Assembly: GCA_017853555.1 (NCBI GenBank)
Contig: JAFMJH010000006.1
Coordinates: 41,585-105,584 of the forward strand
Direction of reading: 5' to 3'
Source of the DNA: Steroidobacteraceae bacterium
GTDB taxonomy: Bacteria > Pseudomonadota > Gammaproteobacteria > Steroidobacterales > Steroidobacteraceae
DNA: 64,000 nucleotides
Part shown: positions 1 to 11,726 of the stretch, one piece after another
Position numbering within the stretch: position 1 is the stretch's first letter
Layout of the letters: every line of letters begins with the position of its first letter
Notes under the pieces: model-generated
What the model saw: only the letters and a program-made list of their open reading frames with translations
The model's database searches: none
Told to the model about the DNA's origin: nothing
Translations under genes and position numbers: made by a program

Positions 1-1174
1 GCCGCTGCCCTCGAACCTCTCGGGCAACCACGGCAAAGCGCCCTCCTCGGGGCGGCTGTTTTTCCAGACGCAACGCCTGAGCTCGGTCCTGCCGGACACC
101 CTGCCTGGCCAGGGCAACGACAACGCGATCCTGTCGCAGACCCTCGCGCTGCAAGCCTTGCACACCGACCGTCAGGTCGTGCTCGTGTCGAAGGACATCA
201 ACCTGCGCATCAAGGCGGCGGTGGTCGGGGTACACGCCGAGGACTACTTCAGCGATCGCAGCATCGAAGATGCCGACATCCTCTACCGCGGCGCCGAAGT
301 GTTGGCGGCGGACTTCTGGGAGCGTCACGGCAAGAACATGCGCTCGTGGAAGGAAGGCGCGCGCACGTACTACGAACTCACCGGCCCCGCCGTCGCCGCA
401 TGGACCGTCAACCAGTTCGTCTTCGAGGACCGCGATGGCGGCCTCGCCGCGATCGTGCGACGCGTGCAAGGCAACGTCGCCACGCTCGAGCTCGTGCGCG
501 ACTTCAGCGGCGAGCGCAACGGCGTGTGGGGGATCGCCGCACGCAATCGCGAACAGAACTTCGCGCTCAATCTTTTGATGGATCCGGACATCGACTTCAT
601 TTCGATTCTCGGGCCCGCCGGCACGGGCAAAACCTTGCTGACGCTCGCCGCCGGGTTGCTGCAGACGCTCGAACACAATCGCTACGCCGAAATCATCATG
701 ACGCGCGTGACGATCCCGCTCGGCGAGGACATCGGCTTTTTGCCCGGCACGGAAGAAGAAAAAATGGAGCCGTGGATGGGTGCGCTGATGGACAACCTCG
801 AAGTGCTCACGCACAGCGCCGAGGGCGGCAGCTGGGGACGCGCGGCCACCAACGACCTGCTCCGCAATCGGATCAAAATCCGCTCGCTGAATTTCATGCG
901 CGGCCGCACCTTCCTCAATCGCTTCGTGATCATCGACGAAGCGCAAAATCTCACGCCCAAGCAGATGAAAGCGCTGGTCACGCGCGCAGGTCCGGGCACG
1001 AAGATGATCTGCCTCGGCAACATCGCGCAGATCGACACCCCCTACCTCACCGAAACGACCTCCGGTCTCACCTACGTGGTGACGCGGTTCCAGGGTTGGG
1101 GACATGCGGGACACATCACTTTGGTGCGCGGCGAGCGCTCGCGGCTTGCGGATTACGCGTCCGAAACCTTGTGA
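1..1174 (+). CDS. PhoH family ATPase with N-terminal PIN domain (PhoH2-like), 5'-truncated by the window edge
   Basis: The frame is open from base 2. It has PIN-end motifs (DNAIL, SKDINLR), Walker A GPAGTGKT, GFLPG, RGRT and Walker B IIDEAQN. Confidence 0.9.
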   Translation, partial: PLPSNLSGNHGKAPSSGRLFFQTQRLSSVLPDTLPGQGNDNAILSQTLALQALHTDRQVVLVSKDINLRIKAAVVGVHAEDYFSDRSIEDADILYRGAEVLAADFWERHGKNMRSWKEGARTYYELTGPAVAAWTVNQFVFEDRDGGLAAIVRRVQGNVATLELVRDFSGERNGVWGIAARNREQNFALNLLMDPDIDFISILGPAGTGKTLLTLAAGLLQTLEHNRYAEIIMTRVTIPLGEDIGFLPGTEEEKMEPWMGALMDNLEVLTHSAEGGSWGRAATNDLLRNRIKIRSLNFMRGRTFLNRFVIIDEAQNLTPKQMKALVTRAGPGTKMICLGNIAQIDTPYLTETTSGLTYVVTRFQGWGHAGHITLVRGERSRLADYASETL

Positions 1175-1199
1175 ACTTTCAGCCCCGCGTTCGGTCTGT
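1172..1199 (+). promoter_or_regulatory. Putative sigmaE/ECF promoter of bepA (GAACTT-N16-TCTGT)
   Basis: GAACTT is at 1173-1178 and TCTGT at 1195-1199. The same TGAACTTT-N11-TCGGTCT motif lies upstream of hfq. bepA is sigmaE-regulated in E. coli. Confidence 0.6.
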
Positions 1200-1205
1200 C
1201 GAGTG

Positions 1206-2696
1206 ATGCGTCGCATCCTCATCGCCTGCTCCGCGCTGCTGGCCGCAACCCTCGCAGCGGGCGTCACGGCGCAGAACCGCACGGGCAGCGATCTGCCGGC
1301 CATCGGCTCCGCGGGCGACTCCGTCATCAGTCGCGACGAGGAATATCAACTCGGTCGGATGGTCGTGGCGGGTCTGCGCGATCAAGGGCAAATACTCGAT
1401 GATCCCGAGATCAACGATTACATCCAGAATCTCGGCAGTCGCATCGCCGCACAAGCGCAGGAGAGCCCGCAGCGCTTCCAGTTTTTCGTGGTGCGCGATG
1501 CGCGCATCAACGCCTTCGCGTTGCCCGGCGGTTTCATCGGCGTCAATCAAGGCCTGATCACCGCCACGGCCAACGAAGCGCAACTGGCGAGCGTGCTCGC
1601 GCACGAAATCGCGCACGTCACGCAGCGCCACATCGCGCGCTCGATCCAGGCACAGGGGAAACAAGGCATGGCCTCCGCTGCCGCCATCCTCGCCTCGATC
1701 CTGATCGGCGCGGTCACCGGCACGCCCGATGCCGCGATGGCCGGCATGGCCGTCGCGCAAGGCGCCGCGGCGCAATCGAGCATCAATTTCACCCGCGCCA
1801 ACGAATACGAAGCCGACCGGATCGGCATCGGCTTTCTGGCGGCCGCGGGTTTCGACCCGAACGCGATGCCGGACCTGTTCGAAACGCTCGGTCGTCGTGC
1901 GGGCCCCGCGATCTATCAAGCACCCGAATTTCTGCAAACGCATCCGGTGAGTGCGAATCGCATCGCCGAGTCGCGCGATCGTGCCGCCTTGTTGAAGCCC
2001 GCGATCACCGCCGAGTCGCTCGCGTATTCGTTCGTGCGCGAACGCGTGCGCGTGCTCGGCGCAGGCGAAGACGCCGATTTGAGCAAGTATTACGCGGCCC
2101 TCGCCGACACTCGACCGCTCACCCCGGCGCAGCGCTACGGCGAATCTTTGGCCCGACTCGGACGCGGCGACCGCGAGCGTGCGGCGAGCGCACTCATCGA
2201 ACTCGCCGCCTCGCAACCGCAAAGCCCGATGTTGCAAGCCGCTCTGGGCCAGGCACAATTCGCCGCCGGTTGGCCGGACCTCGCGCTGCAAACCCTGCGC
2301 ACCGCGCTCGACGTGGCGCCGCGCAACGTGCCGCTGACCATTCGCTACGCCGAAGTGCTGTTGCGCACCGGCGGCGCCAAGCAAGCGCATCAACTATTGC
2401 TCGACCTGTTCAACAACGTGGCGCCGACGCCCGAACAGATTCGTTTCACCGCCCTCGCCGCGAGCGCAGCCGGCGATACCGCCGACGCGTACTACTACAT
2501 GTCCGAGTACCACATCGCCGGCGGCGATCTGTCCGTGGCGGTCAAACAACTGGAGCTGGCGCTCGCCGACCCCGCCATCAGTGCGGTGCAGCGCGCACGC
2601 TTCGAGGCGCGTTCCAAGGAAATTCGCGAGGCATTGGCGGCCAACCGCAAGCATCGTGATCGATCACGACCCGATGCTGATAAAATGCCGCGATGA
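1206..2696 (+). CDS. bepA: M48 family TPR metalloprotease, beta-barrel assembly-enhancing protease
   Basis: Signal peptide, INAFALPGG, zinc motif HEIAH, EYEAD, THP and C-terminal TPR-like helices. ATG is at 1206. Confidence 0.88.
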   Translation: MRRILIACSALLAATLAAGVTAQNRTGSDLPAIGSAGDSVISRDEEYQLGRMVVAGLRDQGQILDDPEINDYIQNLGSRIAAQAQESPQRFQFFVVRDARINAFALPGGFIGVNQGLITATANEAQLASVLAHEIAHVTQRHIARSIQAQGKQGMASAAAILASILIGAVTGTPDAAMAGMAVAQGAAAQSSINFTRANEYEADRIGIGFLAAAGFDPNAMPDLFETLGRRAGPAIYQAPEFLQTHPVSANRIAESRDRAALLKPAITAESLAYSFVRERVRVLGAGEDADLSKYYAALADTRPLTPAQRYGESLARLGRGDRERAASALIELAASQPQSPMLQAALGQAQFAAGWPDLALQTLRTALDVAPRNVPLTIRYAEVLLRTGGAKQAHQLLLDLFNNVAPTPEQIRFTALAASAAGDTADAYYYMSEYHIAGGDLSVAVKQLELALADPAISAVQRARFEARSKEIREALAANRKHRDRSRPDADKMPR

Positions 2697-3499
2697 TCCC
2701 GTCGTATCGTCCGCGCACGACTGCCACTGCCGCGTGGCAGTTCGCCTGCGCCGCATTGATGTTGCTGACGTTGAGCGGTTGCGCAAGCAGCACGCGTCTG
2801 TCGAACCCGCGCGATCCGCGCGACCCCTTCGAGCCTTTCAACCGCGTGATGTACGACGTCAACGATCGACTCGACGACGTGGTCGGTCGGCCGCTCGTGC
2901 ACGGCTACGTGGCCGTCACGCCCTCGTTCGTGCGTACCGGCGTCTCGAATTTCTACGGCAACGCCAAATATCCCGTCACGCTCATCAATGACGCATTGCA
3001 GGGCAAGTTTGCGGCCGCAGGCACCGATGCGCTGCGCTTCGCGCTCAACAGCACGCTCGGATTGGGCGGCCTGCTCGATCCGGCCTCCGGGATCGGTCTC
3101 GTGCGCAACGACGAAGATTTCGCCCAGACGTTGGGGGTGTGGGGCGTCCCGGAGGGACCGTATCTGCTCATCCCGGGTTTGGGCCCCTACACCCTGCTCG
3201 AGGCATTCGGATCATTGGGCAACCGGTACGGCGAACTCGAAACCTACATCGAGGACGACAGTACGCGCTGGAGCATCTGGGCCGGCGACAAGTTCGATCA
3301 TCGCGTACGTCTGACGCAGGTGGACAAAGTGGTGCGGCGCACGAGCGACGCCTATACCTTCGTGCGCAACTCGTATTTGCGTCGGCGGCAGTATCAGACC
3401 TTGGATGGCAATGTGCCGCCCGAGGGCGTGGAACTCGATCCGTATTCGGACGAGCTCACCGACCCGGAAGCGGAACCAGCCAGTCCTGCACCTCGCTGA
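2693..3499 (+). CDS. mlaA: MlaA/VacJ family outer-membrane lipoprotein
   Basis: Lipobox LSGC, DPFEPFNR, NSTLGLGGLLD and EDFAQTLGVWG. It has an ATGA overlap with bepA. Confidence 0.92.
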   Translation: MIPSYRPRTTATAAWQFACAALMLLTLSGCASSTRLSNPRDPRDPFEPFNRVMYDVNDRLDDVVGRPLVHGYVAVTPSFVRTGVSNFYGNAKYPVTLINDALQGKFAAAGTDALRFALNSTLGLGGLLDPASGIGLVRNDEDFAQTLGVWGVPEGPYLLIPGLGPYTLLEAFGSLGNRYGELETYIEDDSTRWSIWAGDKFDHRVRLTQVDKVVRRTSDAYTFVRNSYLRRRQYQTLDGNVPPEGVELDPYSDELTDPEAEPASPAPR

Positions 3500-3767
3500 T
3501 TGCGGCCAGTTGCCGCAACGATTCGGGCAGGTTGATCCACCCGATCGGCCGCGAACGTCGCGCCGCCATCGCGAGCCACTCGAGCAACACCGCAAGCCCC
3601 GCCGAGTCGACGTGCGTGAGCCCCGCGCAGTCGATCTGCAACTCCGCGCTGCCCGCGTTGATCATGCGTTCGCCAGCGGCGAGCGCGGTGGCGGCGGTGG
3701 CAAAACCGAGCGCCCCCTGCAAACGCAGCGTGGATTCGTCGACCAACTGAACCTCGAACGCGGACAT
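3456..3767 (-). CDS. mlaB: STAS domain protein MlaB
   Basis: STAS motif DCAGLTHVDSAGLAVLL; last gene of the mlaFEDC run. Confidence 0.85.
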   Translation of the reverse strand: MSAFEVQLVDESTLRLQGALGFATAATALAAGERMINAGSAELQIDCAGLTHVDSAGLAVLLEWLAMAARRSRPIGWINLPESLRQLAAISEVQDWLVPLPGR

Positions 3768-3771
3768 CGCT

Positions 3772-4467
3772 TCAGCGCGCGCCGTTGGCGGACTTCGCCG
3801 GACCCTTGCGCTGCGACTCGAGTCGCTGGATCACGGCGTCCAGACCTTTCTGGTCGATCTCGGAGCCGAAGTCTTCGCGGAAACTTTTGACGTAGCTCAC
3901 GCCTTCGATGACGACATCCCAGGCCTTCCAACCCGTCTCGGTCTTGCGCAGCACGTAGTTGACCGGAATCTTCTCGCCGTTGCTGCGCTTGACCTCCGTG
4001 CGCACGACCGCCGCCGTGGCATCGGCAGGCACCGGCGTCGGCAATACTTTGATGCGATCGCCCGTGAACTCGATCAAGGCATCGCCGTAGTTGCCCATCA
4101 GCGAACCGTAGAACGCGTCGACGAAGCGCTTGCGCTGCTCGGGGGTCGCGCCGCGGTAATGCTTGCCGAGCACCAGGCGCGAGGCATATTCGACGTCGAA
4201 ATGCGGCAGCAGCACGCGCTCTACGACACCGTACAAGCGGTCCGGGTTTTTGCGAAACTCGCTGCGCCGCGCATCGAGCTCGGCCAGCATGGCGTTCGCC
4301 GACGACTCGATCAGTTGATTGGGGTCGCCGGCGTCGATCTTGAGTTCAGCCGCGGCGCGCTGCTCGGCAGGCGCCGACGGCGAGTACGCGAACCCCGCGC
4401 ACAGCGCCAAGAATGCGAGATTGACGATGCGAGACGCGACGCGCGTACGCTCGAGACGATGATTCAT
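3772..4467 (-). CDS. mlaC: Periplasmic phospholipid-binding protein MlaC (Ttg2D family)
   Basis: Signal peptide, LVLGKHY and WKAWDVVIEGVSYV; operon context. Confidence 0.9.
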   Translation of the reverse strand: MNHRLERTRVASRIVNLAFLALCAGFAYSPSAPAEQRAAAELKIDAGDPNQLIESSANAMLAELDARRSEFRKNPDRLYGVVERVLLPHFDVEYASRLVLGKHYRGATPEQRKRFVDAFYGSLMGNYGDALIEFTGDRIKVLPTPVPADATAAVVRTEVKRSNGEKIPVNYVLRKTETGWKAWDVVIEGVSYVKSFREDFGSEIDQKGLDAVIQRLESQRKGPAKSANGAR

Positions 4468-4955
4468 TTGGCGCCCTCCGTGCTGTCAGACCCTTTGCTC
4501 GCGAAGTTGGCGAAGAATTTGTTGACCAGCGACTCGAGCACGATCGCCGACTGCGTGAATTCGATGCGACCGCCTTCTTTCAGACTGACCTCGGAGCCAC
4601 CGGCCGAGATGCCGACGTACTTGCCACCGAGCAGACCCTGGGTCTGGATGCTGGCGTCGCTGTCGTCCGGGATCTTGTCGTACTTGCGATCGATGCGCAG
4701 CGCGACGACGGCGCGGAAATCACTGGGATCGAAACCGATCGATTCGACCCGACCGATGGTGACGCCGGCCATGCTGACGGCGGAGCCCACCTTGAGATCG
4801 CCGACGTTGTCGAAGCGCGCGATGACGCGATAGCCGTCGACGCCACCCATCTTCAAACCGCTGTTGGGTAACTGCGTGGTCAAAAACACCAGTGCGGCGA
4901 ATCCGAGCAGGACGAACAGGCCGGTGCCGATTTCGAGAGCGCGTTGCGATTTCAT
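4464..4955 (-). CDS. mlaD: MCE domain protein MlaD
   Basis: N-terminal TM helix, FDNVGDLKVGSAV and IQTQGLLGGKYV. Confidence 0.93.
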   Translation of the reverse strand: MKSQRALEIGTGLFVLLGFAALVFLTTQLPNSGLKMGGVDGYRVIARFDNVGDLKVGSAVSMAGVTIGRVESIGFDPSDFRAVVALRIDRKYDKIPDDSDASIQTQGLLGGKYVGISAGGSEVSLKEGGRIEFTQSAIVLESLVNKFFANFASKGSDSTEGAK

Positions 4956-4959
4956 GGAA

Positions 4960-5706
4960 TTACCTTGCCAAAAATGCGGCCGTGAGCAAGTAGTCGATCA
5001 ACAAAGTCAGTACCGACGACACCACCACGGTACGCGTCGTCGCGAGCCCCACCCCTTCGGCGGTCGGCTCGGCGTGGAATCCTTCGTAGACGGCGACGAG
5101 ACTGCAGGCGACGCCGAAACACAGGCTTTTGGTCAGACCCTCGGCGACGTCGCGAAGTTCGACGGCCGCCTGCATTTGCGACCAGAACGCCCCGGCATCG
5201 ACGCCCATCATGCCCACGCCGACGAGCTGCGCGCCGAACAAACCGATCACGTCGAAAATCGCGACCAACAACGGCAAGGCGACGATCCCGCCGAGCAAGC
5301 GCGGCGCGATCACGTGACGCACCGGATCGACCGCCATCATTTCCATGGCGGTGAGCTGATCCGTCGCCCGCATCAAACCGATTTCCGACGCCAGCGCCGT
5401 CCCGGCGCGCCCGGCGAACAACAGCGCGGTGACGACCGGCCCCAATTCTTTGAGCAACCCGAGCGCCGCGGCCACGCCGAGCGCCGACTCCGAACCGAAG
5501 CGCTGCAACAGATCGTAGCCTTGCAAACCTAGCACCATGCCTACGAACAGGCCCGAGAGCATGATGATGATCAGCGAGCGCGCGCCGCAGTTGTGGATCT
5601 GGTGCACGATCGCGCGCGGCTTCGCCAAGGCCGCCGGACACTGCGCGAGGATGCGCACGAGAAACAACGCGACCGCACCGACGCGTCGCAAGGCCGCCAC
5701 GATCAT
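4960..5706 (-). CDS. mlaE: Lipid asymmetry ABC transporter permease MlaE
   Basis: ELGPVVTALLFAGRAG, EIGLMRATDQL and TTRTVV. The ATG at 5706 overlaps the mlaF stop. Confidence 0.93.
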   Translation of the reverse strand: MIVAALRRVGAVALFLVRILAQCPAALAKPRAIVHQIHNCGARSLIIIMLSGLFVGMVLGLQGYDLLQRFGSESALGVAAALGLLKELGPVVTALLFAGRAGTALASEIGLMRATDQLTAMEMMAVDPVRHVIAPRLLGGIVALPLLVAIFDVIGLFGAQLVGVGMMGVDAGAFWSQMQAAVELRDVAEGLTKSLCFGVACSLVAVYEGFHAEPTAEGVGLATTRTVVVSSVLTLLIDYLLTAAFLAR

Positions 5707-6536
5707 CGACGACCGCCGAGCAGTTGCGCGCGGTAATCGTCGGCCGGATAGTGAAATGCGACCGGTCCGTCGGCCTCGCCTGCCATGAACTGCCGCACCG
5801 CCGGCTGCGCGCTCGCGGCGAGTTCGGCGGGCGTGCCGGCGGCAACCACCTTGCCGCCCGAGAGCAGATAACTGTGATCGGCGAGCGCGGCGAGCTCCGC
5901 GACGTCGTGCGAGACGACGATCGTGGTGATGCCGAGCGCGCGATGGATACGACCGATCAAGCGGACGATCACGCCCATCGAGATCGGATCGAGACCCACG
6001 AACGGCTCGTCGTAGATGAGCAGCTCGGGATCCATCACGATGGCGCGCGCGAGCGCCACGCGACGCGCCATGCCGCCCGAAAGCTGCGCAGGCATGAGGT
6101 CGGCGGCGCCGCGCAAACCCACCGCCTGCAATTTGGTGAGCACGAGCTGTCGCAGCACCGACTCGGGCAGACGCGCATGCGCGCGCACCGGAAACGCGAC
6201 GTTCTCGAACACCGTCAGGTCGGTGAGCAACGCACCGTTTTGAAAGAGCATTCCCATGCGCCGACGCATGGCATAGCGCGCATCGCGATCCTGTGTCGCG
6301 AGCGACTCGCCGAACACGGTCACGCTGCCGGCCGCAGGCTCGATCTGGCCGGTAATCAAGCGCAACAAAGTCGTCTTGCCGGTGCCGCTCGGACCCATGA
6401 TGGCGGTGATCGCACCGCGACGCGCCTGCACGTCGAGGCCCTGAAACACCGGCCGACCCGCGAGCGAAAACTGCACATCCCGCACCGCGACCACGGGTGA
6501 CGAAGCAGCGTCGACGGTTGAGCTCGAATCGGACAA
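5703..6536 (-). CDS. mlaF: ABC transporter ATP-binding protein MlaF
   Basis: GPSGTGKT, LSGGMARRVALARA and DEPFVGLDP. The TTG start at 6536 was chosen for the GAGGGAG SD upstream. Confidence 0.9.
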   Translation of the reverse strand: MSDSSSTVDAASSPVVAVRDVQFSLAGRPVFQGLDVQARRGAITAIMGPSGTGKTTLLRLITGQIEPAAGSVTVFGESLATQDRDARYAMRRRMGMLFQNGALLTDLTVFENVAFPVRAHARLPESVLRQLVLTKLQAVGLRGAADLMPAQLSGGMARRVALARAIVMDPELLIYDEPFVGLDPISMGVIVRLIGRIHRALGITTIVVSHDVAELAALADHSYLLSGGKVVAAGTPAELAASAQPAVRQFMAGEADGPVAFHYPADDYRAQLLGGRR

Positions 6537-6562
6537 GGGGGGTCTCCCTCGAAGGGGCGCGG

Positions 6563-6603
6563 ATTGTACCAAACGGCGAATCGGGACTAAAATGGTCCGG
6601 TAT
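6563..6603. promoter_or_regulatory. Overlapping divergent sigma70 promoters (suf on +, mla on -) with an IscR type-1-like Rrf2 operator
   Basis: The + strand has TTGTAC (6564-6569), 18 nt, then TAAAAT (6588-6593). The - strand has TACAAT (6563-6568). An imperfect palindrome AATCGGGACTAAAATGGTCCGGTAT spans 6579-6603. Confidence 0.6.
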
Positions 6604-7087
6604 GATCCGAATCAGCAAAATGACGGACTATGCGACGGTGCTGCTCGCCGCCCTCGCCCATGCGGGGGGTGAGCGCCTCAGCACGGCTGCACTCGCCGAG
6701 CGGACCCACATCGCCGCGACCACCGTCGCCAAGGTGCTGAAGCTTTTGCATCGCGGCGGTCTCGTGCACTCGACGCGCGGCTTGCACGGCGGCTACGCCC
6801 TCGCCAAGCCCGCGGCCGCGATCTCGGCCGCCGCCATCCTCGATGCGCTCGAAGGTCCGGTGGCGGTCACCGATTGCTCCGCGGGCAGCGGTCACTGCCA
6901 GATCGAAACCACCTGCGGCGTCGGTCGTGCCTGGCAGCGTGTGAATCTCGCCATCCGGCGTTCGCTCTATGACGTGAGTCTCGCGCAGCTGGCCGGCATA
7001 GACACCACGGCGCTGCGCCTCGGCGCCTTCGAGCGTGAACTTTTGCCTGCGGCCGGTGGCCGCGCTGCCGCCGCCATTCGGCGCTGA
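6602..7087 (+). CDS. Rrf2 family SUF system Fe-S cluster assembly regulator
   Basis: [20 protein letters not shown] and three Cys (C-x6-C-x5-C); first gene of the suf operon. Confidence 0.9.
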   Translation: MIRISKMTDYATVLLAALAHAGGERLSTAALAERTHIAATTVAKVLKLLHRGGLVHSTRGLHGGYALAKPAAAISAAAILDALEGPVAVTDCSAGSGHCQIETTCGVGRAWQRVNLAIRRSLYDVSLAQLAGIDTTALRLGAFERELLPAAGGRAAAAIRR

Positions 7088-7097
7088 AGGTCAGATC

Positions 7098-8540
<1,443 letters not shown>

Positions 8541-8557
8541 GCACGAGGGAGTCCGCC

Positions 8558-9304
<747 letters not shown>

Positions 9305-9324
9305 CGCCTGCAGCCCCTTATCCC

Positions 9325-10503
9325 ATGAGTCAGAGCGTGTCATCCCTGCCCTCCACTCGTGACGAGAACTGGAAATACGCCAGTTTGCGTGCGCTCTCCA
9401 ATGCACGCTTCGACGCCTTGCCGACGCCGGACGAGGGCGCGATCGCCCGCGCCGCCACGCTGCTGACGCCCCGCCCGGACGGCTTCGTACGCCTCGTGCT
9501 GGTCGACGGCTGCTTCGCACCGTCTTTGTCCGACCCGCTGCCCCGTGGAGCGGTACGCAGCAACCCGTCGCGGATCGAAACACCGGACGACGTGGACCAT
9601 TTGTTCGCGACCCTGAACGCCCGTCATGCCAGAGAGGCTTTGCACGTCACCACAGACCGAGAGGCAGCCCTGCAGTTGGAGATCTGGTGCATCAGCGTCA
9701 GCGCCCAGACCGATGGAGCCGCTCACCCCTTGCTGCGCATCGAGGTCGGTGCGGGCGGGCAACTTGATCTCGTCGAACGTCACGCGAGTGCACCGGACAC
9801 GCCGACGCTCACCAATCTCGCGTTGTACTTGACGCTCGCGCGTGACGCGCAGGCACGCATCGTGCGCACGCAAGCCTGCGATCTGCGCGCCCAACACCAG
9901 GAAACGCTGCAGATCGATTTGCAGTCGGGCACCCGCTGCGAGCTCGTGCAGATCACCGACGGCGCGGCCCACGCGCGAACCACCGCATTCGTGCGCCACA
10001 TCGGCCGCGAGTCGCGCCTGCGCTGGGCGTCGGCGGCGCTCGGCCGCGGTACGCAGGTTCAGGATGCCTACGTGCACGTGGATCACGCCGCGCCCGGTGC
10101 ACGCACCGAGCAATTCTTCCGCGGCATCGCGAACGATCGCGCCCGGGTCGCCTTCAACGGCCACATGAAAGTCGCCCGCGGCGCAACGGATTGCAACTCC
10201 GACCAATCGCTCAAATGTTTGCTCGCCGGCAACGACGCCGAGGCCGACGTACGCCCGCAACTCGAAATCCACACCGACGCGGTGCAGGCGAGTCATGGCG
10301 CGACGGTGGGCAAGCTCGATGACACCATGAAGTTCTATCTGCTCTCGCGCGGCCTCGACCCGGAGGTCGCCGAAAATCTTTTGAAGTGGGCGTTCATCGC
10401 CGACGTCATCGCCCGTATCCCGCTGCCGCAAATCCGCACGCAGCTCGCGCGCGAAGTCGCAAGCCGCATGCCGGGTGCGCCACCGTTCGGAGTCGAATCG
10501 TGA
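9325..10503 (+). CDS. sufD: Fe-S cluster assembly protein SufD
   Basis: ENWKY, PQLEIHTDAVQASHGATVG and FYLLSRG. Confidence 0.92.
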   Translation: MSQSVSSLPSTRDENWKYASLRALSNARFDALPTPDEGAIARAATLLTPRPDGFVRLVLVDGCFAPSLSDPLPRGAVRSNPSRIETPDDVDHLFATLNARHAREALHVTTDREAALQLEIWCISVSAQTDGAAHPLLRIEVGAGGQLDLVERHASAPDTPTLTNLALYLTLARDAQARIVRTQACDLRAQHQETLQIDLQSGTRCELVQITDGAAHARTTAFVRHIGRESRLRWASAALGRGTQVQDAYVHVDHAAPGARTEQFFRGIANDRARVAFNGHMKVARGATDCNSDQSLKCLLAGNDAEADVRPQLEIHTDAVQASHGATVGKLDDTMKFYLLSRGLDPEVAENLLKWAFIADVIARIPLPQIRTQLAREVASRMPGAPPFGVES

Positions 10504-11726
10504 GCGGCGCGCCGTACGACGTCGCACGGGTCCGTGCCGACTTTCCGATCCTTGCCACGCAGGTACGCGGCAAGCGGCTCGCATTTCTCGATACGGCCGC
10601 CTCGTCGCAACGCCCGCTCGCCGTGCTCGAAGCGGTCGATCATTACGAGCGCACGAGCCATGCCAACGTGCACCGCGGCGTCTACCAGCTGAGCCAAAAA
10701 GCGACCGATGCGTTCGAGGGCGCACGCGAACGCGTGCGCCGCTTCCTCAACGCCTCGAGCACGCGCGAGATCATCTTCACGCGCGGCACGACCGAGTCGA
10801 TCAACCTCGTCGCCCAGTCCTGGGGCCGCAGGCTCGGACCCGGCGACGAAATTTTGATCACGTGGATGGAGCATCACGCGAACATCGTGCCCTGGCAGAT
10901 GCTCTGCGAGCGCAGCGGCGCGACGCTCAAAGTCGCGCCCATCACGCTGCGCGGCGAACTCGATCTCGAGGCCTTCGAGGCCCTCATCTCGCCGCGCACC
11001 AAACTCGTCGCCTGCACGCAGATCGCGAATGCACTCGGCACGGTGCTGCCGCTCGAGCGCATGATCGCCGCCGCCAAACGCGTCGGCGCGCTCACGCTCG
11101 TCGACGGTGCACAGGCGGTCTCGCATCAGCGCGTCGACCTGCGTGCGCTCGACTGCGACTTCTACGCCTTCTCGAGCCACAAGCTCTACGGACCCACGGG
11201 ACTCGGCGTGCTGTATGCGCGCGAGTCGGTGTTGCGCGAGATGCCGCCGTGGCAAGGCGGCGGCGACATGATCCTCACCGTGTCGTTCACGCGTACCACC
11301 TACGCTGAGCTGCCCTATCGCTTCGAAGCGGGGACGCCGCATATCGCCGGAGCCGTGGGGCTCGCCGCCGCCATGGACTACCTCGACGGACTCGGACTCG
11401 AGCGCGTGCAGCAGCACGAGCAAGCCCTGCTCGCTCGTGCGACGCGCGCGCTGCGCGCCATCCCGGGCCTGCGCATCATCGGCGAGGCGGCGCACAAAGC
11501 CGGCGTGATCTCGTTCGTGCTCGAAAACGTGCACCCGCACGACCTCGGAACGATCCTCGATGACGAGGGTGTCGCGATCCGCACCGGCCATCACTGCGCG
11601 ATGCCGGTGATGGAATTCTTCGATGTCCCGGCGACCGCCCGCGCGTCTTTCGGATGTTATTCGGACGACGCCGACGTCGACCAACTGGCCGCCGCACTCG
11701 GCCGCGCCCGCGAGGTATTCGGCTGA
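10500..11726 (+). CDS. sufS: Cysteine desulfurase SufS
   Basis: ANVHRG, PLP-lysine motif SSHKLYGPTG and catalytic RTGHHCA. It has a GTGA overlap with sufD. Confidence 0.95.
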   Translation: MSGAPYDVARVRADFPILATQVRGKRLAFLDTAASSQRPLAVLEAVDHYERTSHANVHRGVYQLSQKATDAFEGARERVRRFLNASSTREIIFTRGTTESINLVAQSWGRRLGPGDEILITWMEHHANIVPWQMLCERSGATLKVAPITLRGELDLEAFEALISPRTKLVACTQIANALGTVLPLERMIAAAKRVGALTLVDGAQAVSHQRVDLRALDCDFYAFSSHKLYGPTGLGVLYARESVLREMPPWQGGGDMILTVSFTRTTYAELPYRFEAGTPHIAGAVGLAAAMDYLDGLGLERVQQHEQALLARATRALRAIPGLRIIGEAAHKAGVISFVLENVHPHDLGTILDDEGVAIRTGHHCAMPVMEFFDVPATARASFGCYSDDADVDQLAAALGRAREVFG

